From Planctomycetota bacterium (GTDB taxonomy: Bacteria > Planctomycetota > Planctomycetia > Planctomycetales > Planctomycetaceae), in the NCBI GenBank assembly GCA_013151585.1, contig JAADHY010000305.1, positions 1 to 34,399 of the forward strand: a stretch of 34,399 nt of DNA, in the 5' to 3' direction. Position numbers and translations under genes: made by a program. The notes under the pieces were generated by a model that saw only the letters and a program-made list of their open reading frames with translations, was not told where the DNA came from and ran no database searches. Positions 18,698-28,102 of the stretch are shown here, in pieces; within the stretch, counting starts at the first letter, position 1; each line of letters opens with the position of its first letter.

Positions 18698-20914
18698 CTA
18701 TCGTTTTTGTCGCGATTTCTTGCGTTTCTTCCGCGATCGAGACGACTTCTGGATCGCCGGCTGACCGTCGAGCTTTTTCAGTTGAGCCGACGCATCCAGT
18801 TGTTCCGCCAACCGGGCCAACCAGCCGGGCTTCTTCTTGGGCTTAGAGTCACCCGGCACTGGCTTGGGCTTCGTACCGTTTTCCGTCGTCGGGCCTTTTG
18901 TATCCGTGTAATCCAACAGCTTCCGCTCTCCCATCCCCCAAAGGCTCGATGCGATAAAGTACAGGCACAACCCTGACGGGAGCCGGTAGAACAAGAAGCC
19001 GAAAAAGATCATCATGTACGTCATCATCTTCTGCTGCATCTCGGTCTGTTCGTCCGTAGCCGGCGGCATGAACATCTTCTGCTGGACCAGGAACAAGACG
19101 ACAGTCAAGATCGGCAGCAGGTTGAATTCCGTCCAACCCAGGAACGGTACGCGGAACGGCAGCGGAAACAGGGCATCCGGCGCCGCTAGGTTATCGATCC
19201 ACAGGAACGACGCCAGCCGCAAGTCGACCGACATCCGCAGGGATTGATACAAACCGATGAAGATCGGGAACTGCAATAGCATCGGCAAGCAACCGGCCAG
19301 AGGGTTGTACCGGTGCTTGGCGAACAGTTCCATCTGCGCCCGGGCCAGTTTTTCCTTGTCTTTGGCGTACTTTTTCTTGATTTCCTGAAGCTGGGGCTGC
19401 AATTCCTTCATCTTTTTCGCGCCGAGCGCCTGCTTGCGCGAGATCGGATACATCGCGCCCCGCACCATCACAGTCATCAGCAGGATCGCGATTCCGTAGG
19501 GGATGCCGATCGAGTGCAGCAGGTTCAGCAGCCAAACCAGCCCCTTGCTGACATAGCCGATGCCGAACCACGTGCTGAAGTCCAGAACGGCGTCGGCCGC
19601 GAGCGGCCGGAGCAGCTCGGTGCGCTTCGGCCCAGCGAAAAGCGTGTAAAAATGGACCTCCTCTTGGCCGGGGGCAACTGCGAGTGGAAAGGCATGAAGC
19701 CGAACGCTGATGTCGCTCCACTGTTGATGCGCCGCGTCGCGCTGAACGACGACCGGCTTGGCGAATTCAATGTAGGAATGGTCCGGCGTGCCGAGTTGTT
19801 CTTCTGACGGAAAGAGCAGAGCTGCGAAATACTGAACATCGACACCAATGAAATGAAACGCCCGAGGAGCCGGTTTCAGCTCCTCAATCTCGTCTTCGTC
19901 TTTCCCGACGACCTCCTTCACGTGGACGACTTCGTAGTCGATCGATCCGTCTTCTTCGCGGAATCCCACCTTAATGTCGCGGAATTTCCTGGTGTTGTCC
20001 GCATCTTCCAGGGGAAGGCCGACCGGTCCCAGCAAGATGTACCGAACCGAGGCCGGCTTCTGGCCCAAGTTGCGCACGGCCAAGTCGAAGTGGACTTGAT
20101 AACCGTCCGGCGTCGTATCGCGGATTTTTCGTTCCTGGCCTTTCTTCAGCGGAACTTTGGTCAGCCAGAACTTCTTACGGAGCTCAAGACGACCGTCGGG
20201 TGAGACCAATCGGAATGCGACCGACCGGTTGATCGTTGGGTCATCCGGGTCGCGTTCGATTTCGGCGATTTCCCAACTGACCGAATTGACCGAGGCTCGT
20301 GGATCGAGGGCTTGCAACTGCAGATCGACGGCGGGGACGGCGGTCTGCAAAGTCAGCGCTGGAAGCTGCGGCTGCAACGGAGCGACGAGGTCGGCGGCCT
20401 TGAGGTGATTGCTGACGACCTTCAGTTGCGGCCTCTTGGCGGCTCCTTTGGGTTTCTCCAGCGTGGTGTATCGCTCGTCGTTCAATTCGACGTCGAGGAT
20501 GCTCGCTCCGACACTGGTCAGCCGCACTTTCAAAAAATAGCCGCTCGCCGGGTCTTCGGAACCGAGGGTGATCGACCGGACCGGATGGTCGGGTAGCGTA
20601 AGCTTTTTCTCGGGCGGATGGGCGTCTGGCTTTTCACTCGGCGCGGCCTCGGCGACGGCGGGGTCGGCTGCTGGCTGTTCAGCCGTTTTGGAAGCCGCGG
20701 TTTCCTCGGAAGCGGCTGTCGCCTCGCCTTTGGCCGGTTGATCGCCTTTGGCACGCGTCGAGCCGGTCCGCTCGGTCGGCTCATCGACGCGCTTGACGGG
20801 CGGCTTCGGTGGTTTCGGGAACCAAGCGGGAAACAGGATGGGGCCGACGTTCATCCAGCCGATCAGGATGACCATCGACAGGGTGAGAAATAGAAGGAAG
20901 CGTCGTTGTTCCAT
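18698..20914 (-). CDS. yidC: Membrane protein insertase YidC (long form, polybasic C-terminal tail)
   Basis: A 738-aa ORF with an N-terminal TM helix, a large periplasmic domain and the conserved core RYNPLAGCLPMLLQFPIFIGLYQSL. The C-terminus is ...KSSRSRKKRKKSRQKR. Confidence 0.95.
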   Translation of the reverse strand: MEQRRFLLFLTLSMVILIGWMNVGPILFPAWFPKPPKPPVKRVDEPTERTGSTRAKGDQPAKGEATAASEETAASKTAEQPAADPAVAEAAPSEKPDAHPPEKKLTLPDHPVRSITLGSEDPASGYFLKVRLTSVGASILDVELNDERYTTLEKPKGAAKRPQLKVVSNHLKAADLVAPLQPQLPALTLQTAVPAVDLQLQALDPRASVNSVSWEIAEIERDPDDPTINRSVAFRLVSPDGRLELRKKFWLTKVPLKKGQERKIRDTTPDGYQVHFDLAVRNLGQKPASVRYILLGPVGLPLEDADNTRKFRDIKVGFREEDGSIDYEVVHVKEVVGKDEDEIEELKPAPRAFHFIGVDVQYFAALLFPSEEQLGTPDHSYIEFAKPVVVQRDAAHQQWSDISVRLHAFPLAVAPGQEEVHFYTLFAGPKRTELLRPLAADAVLDFSTWFGIGYVSKGLVWLLNLLHSIGIPYGIAILLMTVMVRGAMYPISRKQALGAKKMKELQPQLQEIKKKYAKDKEKLARAQMELFAKHRYNPLAGCLPMLLQFPIFIGLYQSLRMSVDLRLASFLWIDNLAAPDALFPLPFRVPFLGWTEFNLLPILTVVLFLVQQKMFMPPATDEQTEMQQKMMTYMMIFFGFLFYRLPSGLCLYFIASSLWGMGERKLLDYTDTKGPTTENGTKPKPVPGDSKPKKKPGWLARLAEQLDASAQLKKLDGQPAIQKSSRSRKKRKKSRQKR

Positions 20915-20916
20915 GC

Positions 20917-21717
20917 TTATCGACCGTCTCGCAAGCGGTCACCAAGAAAGTTGTCGAGGTCCGGAATTGCGTAAATCTTCGCGATGGTCTTCTCCACGTC
21001 GTACTCGACTCGACGGAAATAAACTGTGTCGCCGTCTAGAACCGCGTAGGAAGACAAAGGAACGCCGTTTCGGGGCTGCCCGACCGAACCGACGTTGATC
21101 AGGTACTTCTGGCTCCCAAGCTTGAATTGGTAGTCCACTTCTTCCGGCGAAATGAAGTTCAAGTCTTCTGTGAAGATTCCCGGAATGTGCGTGTGGCCCT
21201 GGAAGCAGACGCTCTTCACCAGCGCGAAGATACGCTCCATCTTCCGTTGATTGTAAATGTCCTCTGGAAAAACATATTCATTCAGCGGATTGCGGGCCGA
21301 TCCATGGACGAACATCAAGTTATCTTCGGTGTGCATCCGGGGGAGTTCGCCCAGGAAATCCCATCTCCTTTGACACTCCTTCGGCGGTCCGGATTCCATG
21401 ACCTGCCGCGTCCAAAAAATGGCACGCTCCGCCCCGATGTTAAACCATTCGGGATCAAACAAGGCTCCCTGGTCGTGGTTCCCCAAAAGCACCACCTTGC
21501 AGTCCATAATCAGGTCGACACACTCGCAGGGATTCGGCCCGTAGCCGACGATGTCGCCCAAGCAATAAATCTCCTGGATGCCCTGGGCACGGATGTCTTG
21601 CAGGACGGCTTCCAAGGCCTCCAGATTGGCGTGGATGTCGCTAATGATGGCTTTCAATTCCGATTCCCCTTGCCATCGATAGGCAGAAACCTCGCGTTCC
21701 GATGCATGGGTGGCCAC
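20917..21717 (-). CDS. Metallophosphoesterase family protein (calcineurin-like, YfcE/MJ0936-type)
   Basis: Motifs are [23 protein letters not shown] and FQGHTHIPG. The stop TAA (20917-20919) lies 2 nt before the yidC ATG. An alternative TTG start at 21657 would give the canonical [10 protein letters not shown]-terminus. Confidence 0.85.
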   Translation of the reverse strand: MATHASEREVSAYRWQGESELKAIISDIHANLEALEAVLQDIRAQGIQEIYCLGDIVGYGPNPCECVDLIMDCKVVLLGNHDQGALFDPEWFNIGAERAIFWTRQVMESGPPKECQRRWDFLGELPRMHTEDNLMFVHGSARNPLNEYVFPEDIYNQRKMERIFALVKSVCFQGHTHIPGIFTEDLNFISPEEVDYQFKLGSQKYLINVGSVGQPRNGVPLSSYAVLDGDTVYFRRVEYDVEKTIAKIYAIPDLDNFLGDRLRDGR

Positions 21718-22183
21718 ACAAAAACCCCGCGTCTCCGTTCATGCCGTGATCCAAGGGAGACAATAACGAACCGGCTCTGGGGAACCTGCCCGCCGATAGG
21801 CCGTCAACAGCTCCTGGCTGCTCGTGCTTCCGCCATAACATAAGCTCTTTGGGAACCGGTGGTTTCGCGCACGCGCCGCCACTCGATCAACGGCAGAGCT
21901 TTCACGAGCTTTGCGCCAAGGCAGACGGTGTTTCTGGAAAATCTGACACAAACACGAAGTGTAGTTCACGCGTATTCCGCAGGTCAAGCGCAGGGATCAC
22001 GGCGCCCTTCGCCGCTTCGAATCCCCATTTGTACCGACACAGGAATGTTTTAAGGGAATAGGGACACATCACCGCCGCGGTGCGCGGTTTCCCCTCAACA
22101 AGGTCCCCAAGTCGCGGCGTTTCGCGGGAACGATGTCCGCGAGACGAAACGAAGCTTGTTGACCCTCCGCAACCCATGACCTA

Positions 22184-22207
22184 TGTTTGCGTACCCTCAC
22201 GGAAACA
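22184..22207. promoter_or_regulatory. Imperfect inverted repeat TGTTTGCG-N8-CGGAAACA (7/8); possible activator-binding site
   Basis: Seen directly in the sequence. It lies ~85-110 bp upstream of the sigma-54-like element at 22292-22307, which is the usual distance for an enhancer-binding-protein UAS. The functional assignment is speculative. Confidence 0.2.
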
Positions 22208-22291
22208 ATTGCTTGACTCAAGAAGTCTAGCGTCAACAGGGCTGTCGGCAAGGGGCGACGTCCTGTGCCGAGACGAGGAAATCGCCCGTGT

Positions 22292-22307
22292 CGGCAAAAC
22301 CGTTGCA
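22292..22307 (+). promoter_or_regulatory. Candidate sigma-54 (-24/-12) promoter cGGCAaaaccgTTGCA, facing the activator gene
   Basis: GG (22293-94) and GC (22305-06) have the exact consensus spacing of TGGCAC-N5-TTGCA, with flanking GGCA and TTGCA matching. It sits in an ORF-free region ~300 nt upstream of ATG 22612. A chance match cannot be excluded. Confidence 0.25.
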
Positions 22308-22611
22308 AACGGATGTTTTGGGGGACTGACCACAGGCACGACGTGGCGCGGCCGTTCGACGCTGCAGCGTTGGGTCCGAGCTGAGGGGCTCTGCGGGACC
22401 TGCGTTGGGTAGCGGTGCGGCGGTGTCGCTGCAGGGGAGCTGGAGGGCGACGGCAAACCGAATCGGCCGAGGCCGGCGGCTGCGAGGCGGTTACGGAGGG
22501 GCAGCCGCCTGTCTTGACGCACGACGCGTGATGCGCCAAGCGGCCTATCGACCTCGACCGGAGCGGCTTTCCACGTCGGCCACGGACGAAAAGAAACAGA
22601 AGAGAATCGTG

Positions 22612-23999
22612 ATGAAAGAGACAAAAGGCTCGCTGCTGATTGTCGACGACGACAAACACATCTTGGAAGCGATGGCCGAGTATTTGCGGGAACTGGGCCA
22701 CCGAACCGAGACGGCTTCGACCTGCCTGGAAGCGATCGACCGGATGAAGGAGTTTCCTTTCGAGGTGGTCGTCTGTGATGTGAATCTGCCGGATCGCGAT
22801 GGCTTCCATCTTTTGGAGTGGGCCAGGGAGAACGCGCCGGATACAGCCATCATCATGCTCACCGGCTACGGAACGATCGAGAGCGCCGTCGAGGCCATCC
22901 GCATGGGCGCCTTCGACTACATGACCAAGCCGGTCATCGACGATGAGCTGAACATCGCCATCCAGCGGGCTTTGGGACAGCGGAAGATTGTGGAAGAGAA
23001 CCGTCATCTCAAGGCGCAACTCGACCAGCGTTTCGGTCTGTCGAACATCATTGGCCGCGACTACAAGATGCTGAAGATGTACGACTTGATCGAGAGCGTT
23101 GCGGACACTCGGACGACGGTTCTGATTTTGGGCGAGAGCGGCACGGGCAAGACGATGACGGCTCGCTCAGCTCCCGTCGCGATAAGCCCTTCGTCGAGGT
23201 GGCTTGCGGAGCTCTGCCCGACACGCTTTTGGAAAGCGAGCTTTTCGGGCACGTGGCCGGAGCTTTCACGGGGGCGAGTCACGACAAAGTGGGCAAGTTT
23301 CTCCAGGCCGACGGCGGGACCATTTTCTTGGACGAGATTGCTACGGCGTCTCCCAGCCTGCAAGTGAAGCTGCTTCGCGTCATCCAAGACCGCGAGTTCG
23401 AGCCCGTTGGCGGAACGCAGACTTACAAAGTCGACGTGCGGTTGATCTTTGCGACCAACCAAGACTTGGAAGAGCTGGTACGACGCGGTGAGTTCCGTCA
23501 GGATTTGTACTACCGCATCAATGTCGTCACGATCACCCAACCACCGCTCCGAGAGCGGATTGGGGATATCCCGCTGTTGGTCGAGCATTTTCTGAAGGAG
23601 TTCAACGAGCAGACCGGTAAAAACGTCAAAGGGTTCGACGAGCAGGCCATGCAACTGTTACAGCGTTACCATTGGCCGGGCAACGTGCGGGAGCTGATTA
23701 ATGTGGTCGAGCGGGCGGTCGTGCTCTGCAAAGGCGACATCATTACGGTCAATGATCTCCCGGAGGCCTTGCGGCGGGAAGACCCGTCGGCTGCTCAACG
23801 GCTGGCTCTCAGCGTGGGGACGAATTCGTTGAAGGCGGCCTTGGCCGCGCCCGAGCGGCAAATCATTCTGGAGGCCCTGGAAGCCAATGGGTGGAATCGC
23901 CAGGCCACGGCTCGAATGCTCGGCATCAACCGCACGACGCTTTATAAGAAAATGAAGAAGTACGGCATCGAGTTCGACAAGCAGTACACGTCGTCGTAG
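22612..23999 (+). pseudogene. Sigma-54-dependent response regulator (NtrC/AtoC family: receiver + AAA+ + Fis-type HTH), frameshifted near nt 23166
   Basis: The first frame (ORF 22405..23367, real start ATG 22612) reads [50 protein letters not shown] and then nonsense. The second frame (ORF 23199..23999, homology from 23163) reads [101 protein letters not shown]. Confidence 0.85.
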
Positions 24000-24045
24000 C
24001 GCAGGTTGGGCGCGAGTCTCACCCCGGGGATGCCGCTGATCGACG

Positions 24046-24831
24046 CTAATACGGAAACCGCTCGTCCAGGGGCGTTCTTGCCAGCTCGACCAGGAAGCCG
24101 GAGATGCGCTCGACCATCACGTCCATGTAGCGGCGTCCCTTTTCAGCGGTCGCAGGATGCGGATTGCCGACGCCGGTGTTCTTCGTCAGCAGGTGCCAAG
24201 GCCGTGTGATGCTGATCCACCCCTTGTTGACCGCGTCGAAGCGGGTTTCGTTCACCGATCCGTCGTCCGCTGCGATTCGCCCCGTTTCCGGATCTCGGGC
24301 GACCAGCTCGGGAAAGAAAGCCAAAGCCAACGAAGTTTCCATTTCTCCGGCATGGTCGCCCGCGCATTGGAAAATTTCGCCCTTCACGTCCGCTGTCGTT
24401 TCGCCGTACCAATTGCACAAGAAAATGTGAACCGGCGTCCGACCGTAAAGTTCCCGGAGAACGGGCTTGATATCGTTGCCACCGTGGCTGTTCAGGATCA
24501 GAAGCTTGTAAATCCCGTGGTGGGCCAGTGATTCGACCAGATCGCGGATTACCAGGCCGAGTGTCGAAGGATTGAGGTTCATGGCCAGTGGGAATGCCAT
24601 CTGATTCGACTGGGTCCCGTAAGGCAGCGGAGGCAACATCACGACCCGGGCCCCTTGACGGTAAGCCGCTTCGCAGACGCGGCTGCCGATGATATCGGCC
24701 TCGAGCGTGTCGGTGCCGTAAGGCAAATGCAAATTGTGTGGCTCGGTCGCTCCGAGCGGCAGGACGGCCACTTCGTAGGGATGATCCTTAACGTATCCGT
24801 AAGTCACTTCGGCCAGTATCCACTCTCGCAT
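24046..24831 (-). CDS. Creatininase-family amidohydrolase (creatinine amidohydrolase / MftE / ArfB-like)
   Basis: It has the family metal-binding signature VAVLPLGATEPHNLHLPYGTDT and LILNSHGGN. Confidence 0.85.
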   Translation of the reverse strand: MREWILAEVTYGYVKDHPYEVAVLPLGATEPHNLHLPYGTDTLEADIIGSRVCEAAYRQGARVVMLPPLPYGTQSNQMAFPLAMNLNPSTLGLVIRDLVESLAHHGIYKLLILNSHGGNDIKPVLRELYGRTPVHIFLCNWYGETTADVKGEIFQCAGDHAGEMETSLALAFFPELVARDPETGRIAADDGSVNETRFDAVNKGWISITRPWHLLTKNTGVGNPHPATAEKGRRYMDVMVERISGFLVELARTPLDERFPY

Positions 24832-25050
24832 CGCTTTCAGTCTCCTGTCACTGAAAAAATCCTCGCCCTCGGCCAGTTGAGCCGTTCATTCGTGCGGCGG
24901 ACACAACACGCGATGGTGCGGCGAGACGACCTCGGAAATTGGCCCCAACGCACATGAACCCGGCCCCGCTGGCGGCAGCGTCGTCAGTTCTTGGGAGGCG
25001 TCGGCGTCTTCGGACCGGATATCGGCGGCCGCTTCAAGCGACGACGGGAT

Positions 25051-25848
25051 TTACGCTGGCGGGGACCGTCGCTCGGACAGCTCCGGTATGGTCTCGTAAA
25101 GCTGAGTGACGACCCCTTCGAGGAACTTGGCGAGCCGGTCGGCCGCTCGGTGCGCTGATTCACGCAGCCGCAGGATGTCTCTGACACTGCCGGGGCGCTT
25201 CCAGACGGCCCCGACTGCCGCTCCGAAACGCATCACCCCCGTGTCCCCGACGACCGTAAGCACTTCGGGCGGCAGGTCGGCGGACATGTCGTCGCTGATC
25301 GCTCGCACGGCCATGAACGGCTTTTTCCGATCGCGGCAAACCTGGGCGACGGCCAGACTTTCTACGTCGGCGGCGATCGCCCCGTATCGCTCCGCAAGCT
25401 GTTTCTTTTCCGCAACGGTCCGGATCAGATGGTCGGCCGTCAGCAGCGTGCCGACGTGCAGGCCGCGAGCCGGGTCGGCGTCCATCTTGAGCTGAACCTC
25501 GAAGGCCTGGCCATGGGTGTCGATGATTCTTCGAGCGATCACGATGTCGCCCACTTTCATTTCCGGCTGCAGGGCGCCGGCGAAGCCGCAGGCGAGAACC
25601 CAGGTCGGAGTATGTGCGTCAAGCATGGCCAGCGTGGCATCGCGTGCCCGCGCAAAGCCCATACCGCTTTCCACAATGACAACACGAGCGTCTCCGAAAA
25701 AGCCACCGCGGAACACGAACCGGCCGCCCACGTATTTTTTCAGCCGTTGGCATCGATCCAGAAACGGACGCATCTCGATCGCCAAAGCGCAGACGATGCC
25801 CACGTCCGCGTGAGCCAGATCGGTTGTTTGGTCGTCCGTTTCCTGCAT
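25051..25848 (-). CDS. Phosphorylase-family protein (PNP/UDP-1 superfamily; MTA/SAH-nucleosidase-, futalosine-hydrolase- or HpnG-like)
   Basis: Relevant segments are VGIVCALAIEMRPF, VVIVESGMGFARA, ACGFAGAL, AADVESLAVAQVC and AVRAISDD. A helical C-terminal extension resembles HpnG-type members. The subfamily cannot be resolved by eye. Confidence 0.7.
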   Translation of the reverse strand: MQETDDQTTDLAHADVGIVCALAIEMRPFLDRCQRLKKYVGGRFVFRGGFFGDARVVIVESGMGFARARDATLAMLDAHTPTWVLACGFAGALQPEMKVGDIVIARRIIDTHGQAFEVQLKMDADPARGLHVGTLLTADHLIRTVAEKKQLAERYGAIAADVESLAVAQVCRDRKKPFMAVRAISDDMSADLPPEVLTVVGDTGVMRFGAAVGAVWKRPGSVRDILRLRESAHRAADRLAKFLEGVVTQLYETIPELSERRSPPA

Positions 25849-26080
25849 GCTTGCTCTCGCCGCTTTTCGCGCGTCGTCGACATCTGCGGGACGTCTTCGC
25901 CCCTACAAAGCCTTCTCACTTCTACGACTTATAACGAAATCAGGCTCAAGGGGCGAGCATGCGAGGTGAGCAGAAGAGCAATGCCGCGCAGCAGAAAGAC
26001 GGCTCCCTACGCTGTCTCGGATGCACAGGCACAGCGACCGCACATGAGGCTGGATTGGCATTTCGCTGCGGCAGTTCGGC

Positions 26081-27019
26081 TCATTGCAGCATGCCATTCA
26101 TGATTTGGATCGCGGCCGGACCGACCAAAATGACGAAGATGCCCGGGAAGATGAACAGCACCAAGGGGAAGATCATTTTGACGGCCGTTTGCTGCGCGCG
26201 TTCCTCGGCCATCTGCCGCCGCTTCACGCGCATTGAATCCGACTGGACCCGCAGGGCTTGAGCAATCGAAGAGCCAAAACGTTCGGCCTGGATCAGAATT
26301 GCCGCTAACGCTCGCATGTCATCCACCCCGGTGCGGACGCCCAGATCGTGCAACACGTCTTTGCGCGAGCGTCCCATCTGCAACTGCATGTTGCACAGAG
26401 CAAACTCGGTGCACAGGTCCGGCGCCGAATCTTTCAGCTCTTCCGTCACGCGGCGCATTCCGGCGTCCAAGCCGAGCCCTGACTCGACGCAGACCACCAA
26501 TAAGTCGAGGGCGTCAGGCAAAGTGAGAAAAATCTTCTCCTGCCTCGACTTTATCTTCAGCGTCAGAAGAATCTCAGGCAGGTAGAATCCCAAGCCGCCG
26601 CCGATGACCAGCGACATCCACGCGTTTTGAGTGGTGCCGAACTTGGCAAAACCGAAAGACGCTCCGATGATCAGTCCCACAGCCAATAAAGCCACCTTGG
26701 TCGCAAGAAAGATCGGGACCGCATTCGGGCCGTTGAATCCGGCATTAGCCAGCCGGAGCTTCAGTTTGTTCTGTTCCAGCTCCGACTTTGGCTCCAGCGC
26801 TTTCGAGATCGCCGGAGCCGCTTTTTGCAAAACGGCGCTGACCCCCTTTTGTTTCTTCTCTTGCCCTGGGCGCAGCGTCTCGCGCAACAGAGGATTCCGG
26901 AATTCGTCCAGTCGCTGGGCCGCCCGCGATGACTTGGACGTCATCAGGCTTAGCATGGCCCAGACGAAAAACGTAATCGCAAAGAAAATCGCCCAAGGAA
27001 CCAACGGTGTCAGGTCCAT
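26081..27019 (-). CDS. tadC: Type II secretion system F-family platform protein (TadC-like)
   Basis: T2SSF domain features are LTLPDALDLLVVCVESGLGLDAGM and AQALRVQSDSMRVKRRQMAEERAQQTAVKMIFPLVLFIFP. AGGAG lies 6 nt upstream of ATG 27019. Confidence 0.85.
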   Translation of the reverse strand: MDLTPLVPWAIFFAITFFVWAMLSLMTSKSSRAAQRLDEFRNPLLRETLRPGQEKKQKGVSAVLQKAAPAISKALEPKSELEQNKLKLRLANAGFNGPNAVPIFLATKVALLAVGLIIGASFGFAKFGTTQNAWMSLVIGGGLGFYLPEILLTLKIKSRQEKIFLTLPDALDLLVVCVESGLGLDAGMRRVTEELKDSAPDLCTEFALCNMQLQMGRSRKDVLHDLGVRTGVDDMRALAAILIQAERFGSSIAQALRVQSDSMRVKRRQMAEERAQQTAVKMIFPLVLFIFPGIFVILVGPAAIQIMNGMLQ

Positions 27020-27121
27020 GGCTGTCTCCTATTGTCCTTACTGAGGCCCTGTATCGCGTGGAGGCTGAATCCAGGTGACCTTCCGCCGCGGTCGGTTCTC
27101 CCCGTCGGATTCTGACACTTT

Positions 27122-28102
27122 TTATACTTTGATCGCCACAATTTTCTTGATCACTAGCGCCCCGATGATCTGCAACACAGCGGCCGCAGCCAACATCTTC
27201 TTCCCGATCGGGTCGGTGAACAGCAACATCACATAGTCCGGATTGATCTGGTACACGGCCAGGAACAGGACGATCGGCAGCCCCATCAGAACAACGCCGC
27301 TAAGCCGACCTTCGCCCGTCAGTGCGGCCACCTGTCCCATGATCTTGAACCGCTCGCGAATGATATAGCTGATCTTGTCGATGATCTCGGCCAGGTCGCC
27401 GCCCGATTGTCTTTGGATGGCGACGGCTGTCACAAAGAATTTCAGGTCCATGTTGGGGACGCGCTTGAGCGTGTTCTTCAAGGCCTTCTCGATAGGGATG
27501 CCGAGATTCTGTTCTTCGTAGGCCATTCCGAATTCGGTGCCGATCGGGTCGGGCATTTCTTGGTGTACCAGGTGCAAAGCCGCCGCCAGACTGTGTCCGG
27601 ACCGCAAAGCCCGGCCAATCAATTCCAGCGCGTCGGGCAATTGATGGGCGAATTTTTTCAGGCGTCGTCGCCGTCGAAGGAACAGCCACAGAAATGGCAT
27701 CATACCCAAAGCGAGGGCTGCGACCGGATAAAGGGGAGGTGGGGAACCGGAGGCCCAGGCCGCAACAACTCCGATAGCTGCCGCGCCCAGGGACAACCCC
27801 ACGAAAGCATCGATGCTGATGGGCGAATCTGCTTGTTCAAAAAAGAGCGCCAAGTTGGCGAATCGTTCGCCCAGTCCGCCGACCACGTTGGCGATCGGAC
27901 TGAAGGCATCGCGGATCAACTCGTCCTTGGTCACGCGATGGTTTGCTCCCTCGCCACTCGCCGACTTCTTTCCGACGAGAACCTCCAGGCGTTCTTCCGG
28001 AGTCGTCGGGGTCAGCGACCGGACGAAGTGAAAGATGGCCGCAACCAGCGACGTGACGCCCAGAAACGCCGCAACCGATATGAGCATTGGACTCAATGTC
28101 AT
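27122..28102 (-). CDS. tadB: Type II secretion system F-family platform protein (TadB-like)
   Basis: T2SSF domain features are QLPDALELIGRALRSGHSLAAAL, AVAIQRQSGGDLAEIIDKIS and AALTGEGRLSGVVLMGLPIVLF. Confidence 0.85.
   Translation of the reverse strand: MTLSPMLISVAAFLGVTSLVAAIFHFVRSLTPTTPEERLEVLVGKKSASGEGANHRVTKDELIRDAFSPIANVVGGLGERFANLALFFEQADSPISIDAFVGLSLGAAAIGVVAAWASGSPPPLYPVAALALGMMPFLWLFLRRRRRLKKFAHQLPDALELIGRALRSGHSLAAALHLVHQEMPDPIGTEFGMAYEEQNLGIPIEKALKNTLKRVPNMDLKFFVTAVAIQRQSGGDLAEIIDKISYIIRERFKIMGQVAALTGEGRLSGVVLMGLPIVLFLAVYQINPDYVMLLFTDPIGKKMLAAAAVLQIIGALVIKKIVAIKV

Noticed and set aside
22016-22024. TTCGAATCC, a tRNA T-loop-like sequence in the long non-coding region
   Set aside because: The flanking bases (gccgc / cccat) cannot form a T-stem, and no D-arm or acceptor stem is present. 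I found no tRNA in any intergenic gap.
21718-22611. RNase P RNA, tmRNA, SRP RNA or a cobalamin riboswitch in the long non-coding region
   Set aside because: I looked on both strands for the conserved cores (GGAAAGUCCGG, 5' GGGGCUGA with a 3' tRNA-like end, the SRP GGAA tetraloop context, the B12 box) and found none. This is an eye scan only and does not exclude other RNA families.
22069-23019. 316-aa - strand ORF
   Set aside because: It is antisense to the receiver domain of the sigma-54 activator and extends into the non-coding region. It is a shadow ORF.
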